The notes beneath the pieces were generated by a model, which had not been told where the DNA came from, made no database searches, and was given only the letters and a program-made list of their open reading frames with translations. Shown here piece after piece: positions 55,104-64,000 of a stretch of 64,000 bases of DNA (position 1 is the stretch's first letter; every line of letters begins with the position of its first letter). The DNA comes from an uncultured virus (IMG/VR IMGVR_UViG_3300042887_005898) (Duplodnaviria; Heunggongvirae; Uroviricota; Caudoviricetes). The stretch lies in the IMG/VR virus record IMGVR_UViG_3300042887_005898; one strand, given 5' to 3'. A program made the position numbers and the translations under genes.

Positions 55104-55695
55104 TTCCAACCAAAGCCTTAACTGTCTTTAAAATCCGATAATGTTCTTTTCTTGGAAGAAAAGATTCATTCGTATAACCTAAAATTTCCTCTGATTTTTC
55201 ATCTGTGTGTGATACTTGAAAAGTATAGCTTAACCTATTAGACCACTCTGATCCAAAAGCTCCTTGTAGAACATTAAATCCAAATTTTTCGATTCTATTA
55301 AGAATTTTATTTAAGTCAGATTCGAATAGTTCTTTTTCTTCTTTTGTTTCAAACGGTGCAATTTGAAAACTTAAATGAATGAAAAATTTATCAAATCTTT
55401 GTATCTGATAGTAACCAGTTTGGGAGAATTGCTTACTACTAATTTTATAAGTTTCTACAAAATCTAAAATTAAATCTTCAATTATTTCTGTATCATCTTT
55501 TGATAAAGTTCCCATAGCTTCATTGAACTGATTAAAATTAAGAATATGGGATTCTTTTGCAAGATGACCCCACTCATCCTTAAAAACCCATTTCCATTTT
55601 TTAGGTGCATTCTTTCTAGTGCCATATTTTCTTCTTATGGCCCAAATAAATCTTCTTTGTTTTTCAGTTTTTGCAGGCATATTATCTTTTAACAA
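55096..55695 (-). CDS. Putative internal head protein with basic MPAK N-module
   Basis: Likely start MPAKTEKQRRF; internal HILNFNQFNEA motif. Confidence 0.65.
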   Translation of the reverse strand: MLKDNMPAKTEKQRRFIWAIRRKYGTRKNAPKKWKWVFKDEWGHLAKESHILNFNQFNEAMGTLSKDDTEIIEDLILDFVETYKISSKQFSQTGYYQIQRFDKFFIHLSFQIAPFETKEEKELFESDLNKILNRIEKFGFNVLQGAFGSEWSNRLSYTFQVSHTDEKSEEILGYTNESFLPRKEHYRILKTVKALVGIN

Positions 55696-56440
55696 GTAAG
55701 AACCAAGAAGATGTACTCATATTCTTGATTTCGTCTTCTACTTCTTTCATTTCTTCTTTACCATTTGAAATCATATCCGCACTATTGTAGACAACACCAC
55801 CCGGTAAAGTAAAGTTGAAAGTACCTAACATTCTTCCTTGTTGTTGTTTTGCCCAAGCAGTTACATATTTCAAAAAGTAATGATCAACCATTAAGCTTTC
55901 TAATGGAATATTAATGTAAGCCTCTAATATCAAATGATGTTCAACATTAGTTAATATATTCAATCTATGTGTTAATTGATTGAAGTGAAACTTAGTTGTA
56001 TATAAATTCATCTGATTTAACATATCAGCCATAGAATCTATCTGTGTTTTATAAACACCTAATTCACCAATTGTTGTTACATAAGATGATAAATAAGGTT
56101 GGTTTGTAACCCCTAAGTTAACAGATAAGTTTGGAACATTTATACCTAATTGTAATAAGTTTTGATTACTCATTTTATAAATCCAAGAAATAGATTGAAT
56201 TTCACATGGTAATTCAATATATTTGAAGTTTGTATATTCAGCTGTACTAAATGCTGCTTTGTCAATAAAATAATACATTTTACTAACTGCATATTGATAA
56301 TTCTGATAAAACCATCTGTTAGCTCTTGTCTCAATAAACTGTCTAATAGCATGGTCTGGTAAGTTTTTCGGTAAAGCACCTCCAACAGTAACATCGGTCT
56401 GGACTAAATCAATAAACTCCTCAATTGAAATTACACTCAT
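55682..56440 (-). CDS. T4 gp13-like neck/head-completion protein
   Basis: YVTAWAKQQQG...F...LPGGVVYN...G.EE resembles the gp13 C-terminal signature. Confidence 0.7.
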   Translation of the reverse strand: MSVISIEEFIDLVQTDVTVGGALPKNLPDHAIRQFIETRANRWFYQNYQYAVSKMYYFIDKAAFSTAEYTNFKYIELPCEIQSISWIYKMSNQNLLQLGINVPNLSVNLGVTNQPYLSSYVTTIGELGVYKTQIDSMADMLNQMNLYTTKFHFNQLTHRLNILTNVEHHLILEAYINIPLESLMVDHYFLKYVTAWAKQQQGRMLGTFNFTLPGGVVYNSADMISNGKEEMKEVEDEIKNMSTSSWFLLVKR

Positions 56441-56511
56441 ATTAATTTCTATTTTTTATTATATATTAATTAATTTATTAGACAAATAAATATCAGTAAG
56501 ATATAATTAGT

Positions 56512-56841
56512 ATGAATAATTATAATACAATTTTAAAATACTTCAATCTTTTCTCAAATAAAGATTTAAGTGGACTATCTGAACTATTTGATGATAATGT
56601 AACTCTTACTGATTGGGAAATAAGTGCTATTGGTAAAGAAAAGGTACTTGAGTGTAATTCAAATATATTTAAGTCAGCTCAATCCCTAAAAGTTGATGTT
56701 TTAGAAATCCTTCAAAAAGATCTTACTTTTGCTTGTCAACTAATAATTACAGTAAACTCTAAGGAAAAATTAGAAGTAATTGATTTTATTAAATTTAACC
56801 AAAGTGGAAAAATAATATCTGTTAAAGCTTATAAAGGATAA
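56512..56841 (+). CDS. SnoaL/NTF2-like protein
   Basis: YFNLFSNKDL..LSELF.D.V.L.DW; F...GKI.SV.AY. Confidence 0.8.
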   Translation: MNNYNTILKYFNLFSNKDLSGLSELFDDNVTLTDWEISAIGKEKVLECNSNIFKSAQSLKVDVLEILQKDLTFACQLIITVNSKEKLEVIDFIKFNQSGKIISVKAYKG

Positions 56842-56873
56842 ATTTCAAAGTTTGTTAAGTTAATATATATTAT

Positions 56874-57089
56874 ATGAAACACTTAACAAACTTTGAAAAC
56901 TTTGAAGATCTTAAAGAAACTACAGACAACTGGTCTGAGTTTAATGAGTCTTATAATAAACCAAGAGCAGGTGGAAAAAGAAGATGGTCTGTTAAATACA
57001 AGAAATCAATTAATTGTTCTAATCCAAAGGGATTTAGTCAAATCCAGTATTGTAAGAGAAAAAGAAGAGGCGGTAAGTATAAATCCTAA
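56874..57089 (+). CDS. Small basic putative head protein
   Basis: MKHLTNFENFE; WSVKYKKSINCSNPKGFSQIQYC. Confidence 0.7.
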   Translation: MKHLTNFENFEDLKETTDNWSEFNESYNKPRAGGKRRWSVKYKKSINCSNPKGFSQIQYCKRKRRGGKYKS

Positions 57090-57090
57090 T

Positions 57091-57468
57091 TTATCTCGGA
57101 AAATCTAATCCTCTTTCAACAACATTCATTTTATAAGTTTCTGGATTGAATAGATCAAGAGTGTATTTAATTGCTTTATCAACATCAAAATCTTTACAAG
57201 AAAAAATATCTATGAATGTATAGTTTTTTTCTTGAAATGAATGAACAGATAAATGACTTTCAGCAATGATGACTATGCCTGTAATACCTTTGTCCTCTGG
57301 GACTAATCCAGAATAAGGGAAAACATAAGGTTGAGTTATTGGTGTCATACCGATCATTTCTGGTAAAACTTTTAGATAATTAAAGTGTAATTCATAATTT
57401 TCTAAAACTTCTTTCGGACATCCTTTAAGGTCTAATGTCAAGTGTGGACCAAAACTCTTTTGACTCAT
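57091..57468 (-). CDS. speD: S-adenosylmethionine decarboxylase proenzyme
   Basis: GPHLTLD, GITGIVIIAESHLSVH, DIFSC. Confidence 0.92.
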   Translation of the reverse strand: MSQKSFGPHLTLDLKGCPKEVLENYELHFNYLKVLPEMIGMTPITQPYVFPYSGLVPEDKGITGIVIIAESHLSVHSFQEKNYTFIDIFSCKDFDVDKAIKYTLDLFNPETYKMNVVERGLDFPR

Positions 57469-57586
57469 TTTTTATTATATTTTTTATTATATATCAGAAA
57501 TCCTTGTTTAATTAGAATTTTATTTTTTTTGAATAAATAAACAATTATTTATTTTATAAATACAATTAAAACAAATAAAAAAGTTT

Positions 57587-58549
57587 ATGAAACAAGAACC
57601 AATACTAACACCAAATCCTAATCGTTATGTTATCTTTCCTATCAAACATCAGGATATCTGGGAACAATACAAAACATCAGAACATTTGTTCTGGACAGCT
57701 GAAGAAATCGATTTAGCTCAAGACTTGACCGACTGGAACGAAAAACTAAATGAAGACGAAAAACACTATATCAAAATGATTTTAGCTTTTTTCGCAGCAT
57801 CAGATGGTATTGTAAATCAAAACTTGGCTCAAAACTTTGTTAACGAAGTTCAATATCCAGAAGCAATGTTTTACTATGGATTTCAAATCATGATGGAAAA
57901 CATTCACTCTGAAACCTATTCTCTTTTAATTGATACTTATATCAAAGATGAAGCAGAAAGAATTAAGTTGTTCAACGCAATCGAACACATTCCATCAATC
58001 ATGAAAAAAGCTCAGTGGGCTATTAAATGGATCGATTCACCAAATTTCACAGAAAGATTAGTAGCTTTCGCAGCAGTAGAAGGAATTTTCTTTTCTGGAG
58101 CTTTTTGTTCAATCTTCTGGCTTAAGAAAAGAGGATTGATGCCGGGTCTTTCATTCTCAAATGAACTTATTTCTCGTGATGAAGGAATGCATTGTAAGTT
58201 TGCTACTTTACTTTATAATAAACATATTATAAACAAACTATCTGAGGCAAGAATAAAAGAAATTATCTGTGAAGCAGTAGAAATCGAGAAAGAATTTATT
58301 ACAGAATCTCTCCCAGTTTCATTGATTGGTATGAATGGTAACTTGATGAAACAATATATTGAGTTTGTTGCTGACTTCTGGTTAGTGGAACTCGGATGTT
58401 CAAAAGTTTTCAACACTGCTAATCCTTTTGATTTTATGGATATGTTAAGTTTACAAGGAAAGACAAATTTCTTTGAGAAAAGAGTAGGTGAATATAAGAA
58501 GGCAACTGACAGAGAGTTTAACTGGAATGAATTAGACAGTGATTTTTAA
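57587..58549 (+). CDS. nrdB: Class Ia ribonucleotide reductase beta subunit
   Basis: [34 protein letters not shown]. Confidence 0.98.
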   Translation: MKQEPILTPNPNRYVIFPIKHQDIWEQYKTSEHLFWTAEEIDLAQDLTDWNEKLNEDEKHYIKMILAFFAASDGIVNQNLAQNFVNEVQYPEAMFYYGFQIMMENIHSETYSLLIDTYIKDEAERIKLFNAIEHIPSIMKKAQWAIKWIDSPNFTERLVAFAAVEGIFFSGAFCSIFWLKKRGLMPGLSFSNELISRDEGMHCKFATLLYNKHIINKLSEARIKEIICEAVEIEKEFITESLPVSLIGMNGNLMKQYIEFVADFWLVELGCSKVFNTANPFDFMDMLSLQGKTNFFEKRVGEYKKATDREFNWNELDSDF

Positions 58550-58604
58550 TCAAAAAAAGGAAAAACCAAACTAAAGACTTAATATATAAATTAAGTCTTT
58601 TTTT

Positions 58605-60266
58605 ATGCTTAAAAATATAATTGAAAAATATATAAATTCGGATAGTCGAAAGAAAATTTCTTACTTAGAAAAAGAAATTACTAATCACTCTATACTATAT
58701 AGTGAGTTCAAAAGAATCTCAAATCCCAATCTAAGCATTAGAAATAACATTTATAACATTTATTATGATATAGATTCTATTATCTGTCCTGTTTGTCAGA
58801 ATCAAAAAGTTGCTTGGAATGAAAAGGATTTTTGTTATAGAAAAACTTGTAGTTATAAGTGTTCGGGTAAACTATTGAAAACTGGTAAAAAAGAATATAA
58901 GTTTCCAGAAATTGAATCAAAAGAACAATTTATTTCATTAGTTAGGCAAAACAAAGTTAAACTCACTTCGATTACTAAAACTTCTTACTATGAAGAAGTC
59001 AAAAACTATAGAGGTGAAACATTACAAGAGAAAACATTTAGATGGATTAATGAACTAAATGATCAAATTTTATGTGACAAAAAAGATTGTCAAAATGAAG
59101 TAAGTTTTGTTAATTTCAGTAAAGGTTTTAGACAATTCTGCTCAGTTAAGTGTTCGTCATCATCTGATATAAAGATTTCAAAAGTTAAAGAAACTTGTCT
59201 AGAAAAATACAAAGTAGACAATGTTTCTAAAAGACAGCTACACATTGAAAGATATAAAAGTATTCTGAGTAACTTTGATATCATTTCATATGATAGCTCA
59301 TCTTTTGTTTTGTTTCATCATGATTGTAAAAATCAAATAGAGATAACAAGAAGAATGATCTACGATAGAAACAACATGAATACTGAAATTTGTACACACT
59401 GTAATAAAATACAGAGTATGCAGTCAGGTTATGAGCTACAACTTAAACAGTGGTTGATTAACTTAGGTATTAACATCGATGAAAATAATAGGAAAATAAT
59501 TTATCCAAAGGAGTTAGATTTGTTTCTACCCGACCACAATTTAGCGATTGAATTCAATGGATTATTCTGGCACTCAGAGAATTATGTTGGTAAGAATTAC
59601 CATATAGACAAAACAAAACTTTGTGAAGAAAAGAATATCAAACTTATTCATATTTGGGAAGACGATTGGATTTACAAAAATGATATAGTAAAGTCAATTA
59701 TAAGTAATAAATTAAAAATTAATCAGAGTAGAGTTTATGCTAGAAATTGTGAAGTAAGAGAAGTGACTGATGTAAAACTAGTAAAAGACTTTTTAAACAA
59801 AAATCATATACAAGGATATTGTAAATCACAGCACAAAATTGGATTATTTTATAACAACGAACTTATTTCTTTGATGACTTTTGGGTTCAGAAAAACCAAT
59901 TCTAAAAAAGAGTTTGAACTAATAAGGTTTTCAAACAAGAAATACTACACAGTTATTGGCTCTGCGTCAAAACTATTTAGTTTCTTTGTTAATAAGTATC
60001 AACCAGAATTTATTTTATCCTATGCTGACATAAGTTTATTTGATGGGTCCTTATATAATAGTCTTGGTTTCAAATTTATTCATAGAACAGAACCAAATTA
60101 TTATTGGGTTGTTGATGGAATAAGGTATCACAGATGGGTGTTTAATAAAAAGAAATTATTAGAGTCTGGTGGTAGTTCTAAGAAAACAGAAAAAGAAATT
60201 ATGACAGATCGAGGTCATTTTAGAGTTTTTTCTTGTGGTCAAGATAGGTATGAGTTTACAAAATAA
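58605..60266 (+). CDS. Free-standing homing endonuclease-like protein (Zn-finger repeats plus Vsr/Hef-type nuclease domain)
   Basis: CPVC/CSYKC repeats; ELDLFLPDHNLAIEFNGLFWH; LIHIWEDDW; next to nrdB. Confidence 0.75.
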   Translation: MLKNIIEKYINSDSRKKISYLEKEITNHSILYSEFKRISNPNLSIRNNIYNIYYDIDSIICPVCQNQKVAWNEKDFCYRKTCSYKCSGKLLKTGKKEYKFPEIESKEQFISLVRQNKVKLTSITKTSYYEEVKNYRGETLQEKTFRWINELNDQILCDKKDCQNEVSFVNFSKGFRQFCSVKCSSSSDIKISKVKETCLEKYKVDNVSKRQLHIERYKSILSNFDIISYDSSSFVLFHHDCKNQIEITRRMIYDRNNMNTEICTHCNKIQSMQSGYELQLKQWLINLGINIDENNRKIIYPKELDLFLPDHNLAIEFNGLFWHSENYVGKNYHIDKTKLCEEKNIKLIHIWEDDWIYKNDIVKSIISNKLKINQSRVYARNCEVREVTDVKLVKDFLNKNHIQGYCKSQHKIGLFYNNELISLMTFGFRKTNSKKEFELIRFSNKKYYTVIGSASKLFSFFVNKYQPEFILSYADISLFDGSLYNSLGFKFIHRTEPNYYWVVDGIRYHRWVFNKKKLLESGGSSKKTEKEIMTDRGHFRVFSCGQDRYEFTK

Positions 60267-60328
60267 AAAAATCATTAGGAAAGGAAACTTTTATAATATA
60301 TATTTGTATAACTTAAAATAGAAAAAAA

Positions 60329-60403
60329 ATGAAAGTTGTTAATAACATATCAATCATAGGGAACGGCACTATAGCGGGTGGCCTTCTTTTGCTGATTGGT
60401 TAA
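60329..60403 (+). CDS. Leader peptide of tRNA array 2 (MKVVNNISIIGNGTIAGGLLLLIG)
   Basis: 24-aa ORF; ATA x3, GGG, GGC x2, GGT, GCG before the antiterminator strand. Confidence 0.8.
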   Translation: MKVVNNISIIGNGTIAGGLLLLIG

Positions 60404-60462
60404 GTATTGACTCTTTCATTCAAGATACTTTAAACCCAATCAGTGATGATTGGGTTTTTTTT
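60391..60462 (+). promoter_or_regulatory. Attenuator 2: antiterminator/terminator switch
   Basis: Terminator AAACCCAATCA(60432-42)-GTGA-TGATTGGGTTT plus U tract; CTGATTGG(60392-99) pairs with CCAATCAG(60436-43). Confidence 0.85.
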
Positions 60463-60471
60463 ATTTTATAT

Positions 60472-60545
60472 TGGTGAGTAGCTTAAACGGTAGAAGCACC
60501 TGTCTTATACACAGGAGAAAGTGGGATCGTTACCCACCTCACCAA
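60472..60545 (+). tRNA. tRNA-Ile(UAU)
   Basis: CCTGT-CT-TAT-AC-ACAGG; acceptor TGGTGAG/CTCACCA. Confidence 0.9.
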
Positions 60546-60552
60546 CTAAACT

Positions 60553-60625
60553 GCAGAAGTGGTGTTAATGGTTAGCATGTGAGACTTCCACTCTCAAGGT
60601 GCCAGTTCGAATCTGGTCTTCTGCT
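60553..60625 (+). tRNA. tRNA-Gly(UCC)
   Basis: TGAGA-CT-TCC-AC-TCTCA; U73. Confidence 0.93.
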
Positions 60626-60629
60626 CAAT

Positions 60630-60702
60630 GCGAGAGTAGCTCAATAGGTAGAGTACCACCTTGCCAAGGTGGATGTTGCCGGATCGTACCCGGTCTCTCG
60701 CT
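60630..60702 (+). tRNA. tRNA-Gly(GCC)
   Basis: CCACC-TT-GCC-AA-GGTGG; U73. Confidence 0.93.
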
Positions 60703-60715
60703 CTTTATAAATAAT

Positions 60716-60789
60716 GGGTCATTGGTGAAGCTGGCTATCACACAAGATTTGCAATCTTGAGTCACGAGTTCGAAGCTCGTATGTATCCA
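60716..60789 (+). tRNA. tRNA-Ala(UGC)
   Basis: CAAGA-TT-TGC-AA-TCTTG; G3:U70; one-base bulge in acceptor stem. Confidence 0.85.
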
Positions 60790-60794
60790 CAGAT

Positions 60795-61610
60795 TTAGAA
60801 ATCAGATTTGAAGTATCTAAGCTCACTTTGAGCAAGTTGAGTATCACCTCCAGAGTATTCTACTAGTGAATTAAACCAAGATGTTCTTATGTCATTTCCT
60901 CTTTTTCGATGTCTATCATAAGCGTCTCTTAGAAGAAAAGCACCTGCTTTAATATTTGTGATTTGATTATGTTCTTTGAACCCTAGCTTTTTAGCAACAA
61001 GATTAAAAGTTGCTGGCATTACTTGACAATAACCAAAAGCACCTGATCCAGCAGAGTTAGCGATAAATTGAAATCCTGATTCGTGGTCAACAACTCTAAA
61101 GAATATTGTATATGGGATTTTATACTTTTCGATTTCGTCAATCATTGTAAAGAAGATATCATCAGGTAGTTTAACTAAATTTTGATAATGTGTCAAATTA
61201 CAATCTCTTTTAATAATAAATTGAAGATACTCACGAGAACCCATAGTTTCTCTTAGCTGAGTTATAGTAGAATCTTTTCTGTCTAATAGAACATTCGAAT
61301 TGTAAAGAATATTATTGATCTCTTCTAATTTAGATTCTAATGAGTAGATTTTTTCTGCTTTATCAGTGAATGATAACCATCTTCCAATTGAAAATAAACC
61401 AGTTGTCCAGAAAATAAAGGAGATAACTACAATAACGATTATTTTGTTATTTTTTAACAGTTGTCTCCAATTTATTTTTCTAAATTCTGGATAGATAAAC
61501 CATTCTAATATATCGATTAATTGGTATCTAACATACTTTTCAAAAAGTTGATTATTGACATGATTCATCAATAACCAACTGTGTAGTTTAATTAAATTTT
61601 TCTTAATCAT
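60795..61610 (-). CDS. Membrane-anchored lytic transglycosylase (SLT)
   Basis: TM, coiled coil, VVDHESGF...S.SGAFGYCQVMPAT, NIKAGA. Confidence 0.88.
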   Translation of the reverse strand: MIKKNLIKLHSWLLMNHVNNQLFEKYVRYQLIDILEWFIYPEFRKINWRQLLKNNKIIVIVVISFIFWTTGLFSIGRWLSFTDKAEKIYSLESKLEEINNILYNSNVLLDRKDSTITQLRETMGSREYLQFIIKRDCNLTHYQNLVKLPDDIFFTMIDEIEKYKIPYTIFFRVVDHESGFQFIANSAGSGAFGYCQVMPATFNLVAKKLGFKEHNQITNIKAGAFLLRDAYDRHRKRGNDIRTSWFNSLVEYSGGDTQLAQSELRYFKSDF

Positions 61611-62407
61611 CTTAGTTCGTAGAGTTCGTTAATATTTAGTAGTCTATGCTCACAATCAACAATTTGTTCTATATTACTTCTATGAAAATGTCCATAAAAA
61701 TGTTTTTGTATCTTATTGTTTTCATTCAAGATATTCCACATTTTTGTCATTACGGTTCTTTCTTCGATAAGTTCTTCTTTTAGATTTTCATCGTCAGCAC
61801 AAAATGTTTCTACTAGATTACCAAATCCCAATTTATTAGTTGGTAAACAAAAGTCAGGAGCAGTATGTGTAACAAGTATATCGATGCCTCTAAATTCTTT
61901 AATCAAATCTTCATTATAGGTAACTTTTTCGTCATACCAATAAGTTCTTCTCCTACTCCCGTATCTTGCATATTTCATATTTTCAAGTATTCTTGGTTTT
62001 CTGTCAATACTAACAGCACCACCAACAAACAAGAAGTTTTTATTTTCTAAATTAAGAACTGTATAATCTGGTAATAATTCCAAATTACTATATTTATGTT
62101 GTCCTTTGAAAAAGTCTGGATTATCGTGATTTCCTCTTATTGCGTATAAGGTAATATTCTTCTTACTTAAAAAGTCGTTGAAACCTAGTAAAAATCTTGT
62201 ATCGTTATCTTCATTGGTAAATCCAATACCAAAATCACCTACTTGAATAATGATACAGTTATCGATTTTAGTTTTTTCGATATGTTTCATCAAGTAGTTA
62301 AAATTCCCATGTATGTCACCAAGTAATAAAATCATAATACAAAGATAAGGAAATTTTTTGGATATTTCAAATATCCTCTTTATGTGTGTGTGAAATGACA
62401 TTCTCAT
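61607..62407 (-). CDS. Metallophosphoesterase
   Basis: LGDIHG, VGDFG, RGNHD, VTHTAP, YGHFH; true start probably MILLLGD. Confidence 0.9.
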   Translation of the reverse strand: MRMSFHTHIKRIFEISKKFPYLCIMILLLGDIHGNFNYLMKHIEKTKIDNCIIIQVGDFGIGFTNEDNDTRFLLGFNDFLSKKNITLYAIRGNHDNPDFFKGQHKYSNLELLPDYTVLNLENKNFLFVGGAVSIDRKPRILENMKYARYGSRRRTYWYDEKVTYNEDLIKEFRGIDILVTHTAPDFCLPTNKLGFGNLVETFCADDENLKEELIEERTVMTKMWNILNENNKIQKHFYGHFHRSNIEQIVDCEHRLLNINELYELR

Positions 62408-62523
62408 TCCACCACTTTGTAAACTTTGAATTTGGAAAAATTTCTCTTAACTTTTCACCGACGATAAGACAAGTAAGTAGTAAAAGACCAGAAACTAAAA
62501 TTATTGTTAGAATATCCATAATA

Positions 62524-62829
62524 CTAATTATTAATTAATGTTAATATACCAGAAACTGAAAGAATTATTCCAGTTGATATCATTATATCTGATGTAGATT
62601 TAGAAATTTTATTAGTTTGATTTAATAAAATAGTAGTTCCTGTTAAAGCTAATCCAGTTGATAGAAAAATCACACTACTTTTTTTTGACACATCATTACT
62701 CTTTTTAAATTGTTCTTGTGCCGATTTAATAGATTGTGGATTACTATTATAGTAATAGTTACTATTAGTCTTCTGTGAAATAACAGAAGTACTTAAAAAA
62801 AGTAGTAATATTGTAAATATTTTACTCAT
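62524..62829 (-). CDS. Exported/membrane hypothetical protein
   Basis: Signal peptide plus two hydrophobic segments. Confidence 0.6.
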   Translation of the reverse strand: MSKIFTILLLFLSTSVISQKTNSNYYYNSNPQSIKSAQEQFKKSNDVSKKSSVIFLSTGLALTGTTILLNQTNKISKSTSDIMISTGIILSVSGILTLINN

Positions 62830-63030
62830 TTAACAGTTTCAACTTTATCATAAGCTGCACATTTAGGATGTTTTGAAACACAAGAAAATAGAGCTATTGA
62901 TAAGATTAGAAATATAATTACATTTTTCATATTGTTATATATTAAAAATAACTAAAAAAGTTTTGCTCAAAAAATGAATTAAACTTAATTTACTTTATCA
63001 ATAGAATAATTAAATAAAAAAAATTGTGAT

Positions 63031-63723
63031 ATGAAAATTGGATGGTTTGTTGGTACAAAAACTTTCACTACTTCAGGAGAGTTAAAGAGTAAGCCTCAGC
63101 TTGATCTCTTAATTATGGAACCCGAAAAAGTTGGAGTCACTGATGAACACGGTAGTTATAAATATTGTCCAGCTTTTGCTATTTACACTAATCAAACTTT
63201 TTTACTAAGATCACCTTTTGATTTAGAATTAAATTTCTATAATAATGAAGTAAATGTTTTATACTCTTCGATATCACCTAATGTTATCAAAGACCATCTT
63301 ACAATTGATATGGAGAAAAATCCAATTGTTCAATTAGAACTTCATATTGGTTTTGTTGCTGATGAAACTTGTTTTATTGAACTGACAAGTGATCACTTTA
63401 GTACAAATCGTCCAAATAATCATGTAAGAGTTGTTCCTGGTACTTATGATATCTCAAGTTGGCAGAGACTTCTTAACTACTCGATTGAATGGACAGATAC
63501 TTCAAAACCAATTTCAATTAAAAGAGGAGATCCACTTTTATATGTGAGGTTCAGAACCAAAAATCCGAGTGAGAAGTTTGAACTAAAAAGAATTGAAATG
63601 ACAGATGATTTATTAAAATCAGTTGCTAGATCACAACTTTCTAAATTTTATGTTTCAGGTAAAACTTGGACACTAATGAAACTTAATAAATTAATGAGAC
63701 GAAAAATAAAATTTGTGAAATAA
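63031..63723 (+). CDS. Conserved-looking phage hypothetical protein
   Basis: KYCPAF...LRSPFD...PGTYDISSWQR...IKRGDPL.YV.F. Confidence 0.7.
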   Translation: MKIGWFVGTKTFTTSGELKSKPQLDLLIMEPEKVGVTDEHGSYKYCPAFAIYTNQTFLLRSPFDLELNFYNNEVNVLYSSISPNVIKDHLTIDMEKNPIVQLELHIGFVADETCFIELTSDHFSTNRPNNHVRVVPGTYDISSWQRLLNYSIEWTDTSKPISIKRGDPLLYVRFRTKNPSEKFELKRIEMTDDLLKSVARSQLSKFYVSGKTWTLMKLNKLMRRKIKFVK

Positions 63724-63812
63724 AAATTAACATTTAAGAAAATATAACTTATATTTGTAAAATAAATCGAAAAATACAAAACAAGGTAAGAATTTTTAAT
63801 ATATAATAAACA

Positions 63813-63920
63813 ATGAAAACAATGAATCTAAATATGACAAATTTGAATCTCACGGTGGTGAATACATTATGTATTAGAACCATGAGGTCGGGTATTGCCA
63901 AATTTAGAATTGTCTCATAA
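63813..63920 (+). CDS. Leader peptide 3 (MKTMNLNMTNLNLTVVNTLCIRTMRSGIAKFRIVS)
   Basis: 35-aa ORF after TAATATATAA, rich in T/N/M/L/V, same layout as leaders 1 and 2. Confidence 0.75.
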   Translation: MKTMNLNMTNLNLTVVNTLCIRTMRSGIAKFRIVS

Positions 63921-63985
63921 CATAGAGAATTAAGTCTAAAGATACACAAACCCGACCTTGAAAAAGAGTCGGGTTTTTTATTTTT
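63884..63985 (+). promoter_or_regulatory. Attenuator 3: antiterminator/terminator switch
   Basis: Terminator AAACCCGAC(63948-56)/GTCGGGTTT(63968-76) plus U tract; AGGTCGGGT(63885-93) pairs with ACCCGACCT(63950-58). Confidence 0.85.
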
Positions 63986-64000
63986 GGATAAAAAGATGGT

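Noticed and set aside
63749..63949. Minus-strand 66-aa ORF
   Set aside because: Antisense to leader 3 and its promoter

Overview
AT-rich, gene-dense segment of a very large (jumbo/huge) T4-like tailed phage genome. The host is most likely a Bacteroidota: many TTTG-N20-TAnnTTTG promoters, Bacteroidota-like ahcY/groEL/purA, and a T9SS-CTD-like protein. It carries host-like metabolic, chaperone and translation genes (ahcY, mgsA, thyA, folA, purA, guaC, speD, nrdB, groES/EL, grpE, dnaJ, infC), a probable type II R-M pair, lysis and virion genes, three tRNA regions and an ~850-nt GOLLD-like structured RNA. Main finding: two tRNA arrays, and apparently a third just past the window end, sit behind a short leader ORF plus an antiterminator/terminator switch. 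Each leader is packed with codons read by the tRNAs directly downstream (K/H/F/W/S/R for array 1; Ile-AUA/Gly/Ala for array 2). This suggests ribosome-mediated attenuators that switch on phage tRNA arrays when the matching tRNAs are depleted. Also notable: non-canonical tRNA-like RNAs, about 18 proteins with a T4 capsid-targeting-like N-terminus, and more than 20 unrelated proteins sharing a terminal R-[DEN]-x-K-[IL]-x-x-[IL] tag. All calls come from reading the sequence and recalled motifs; no searches or folding programs were run.
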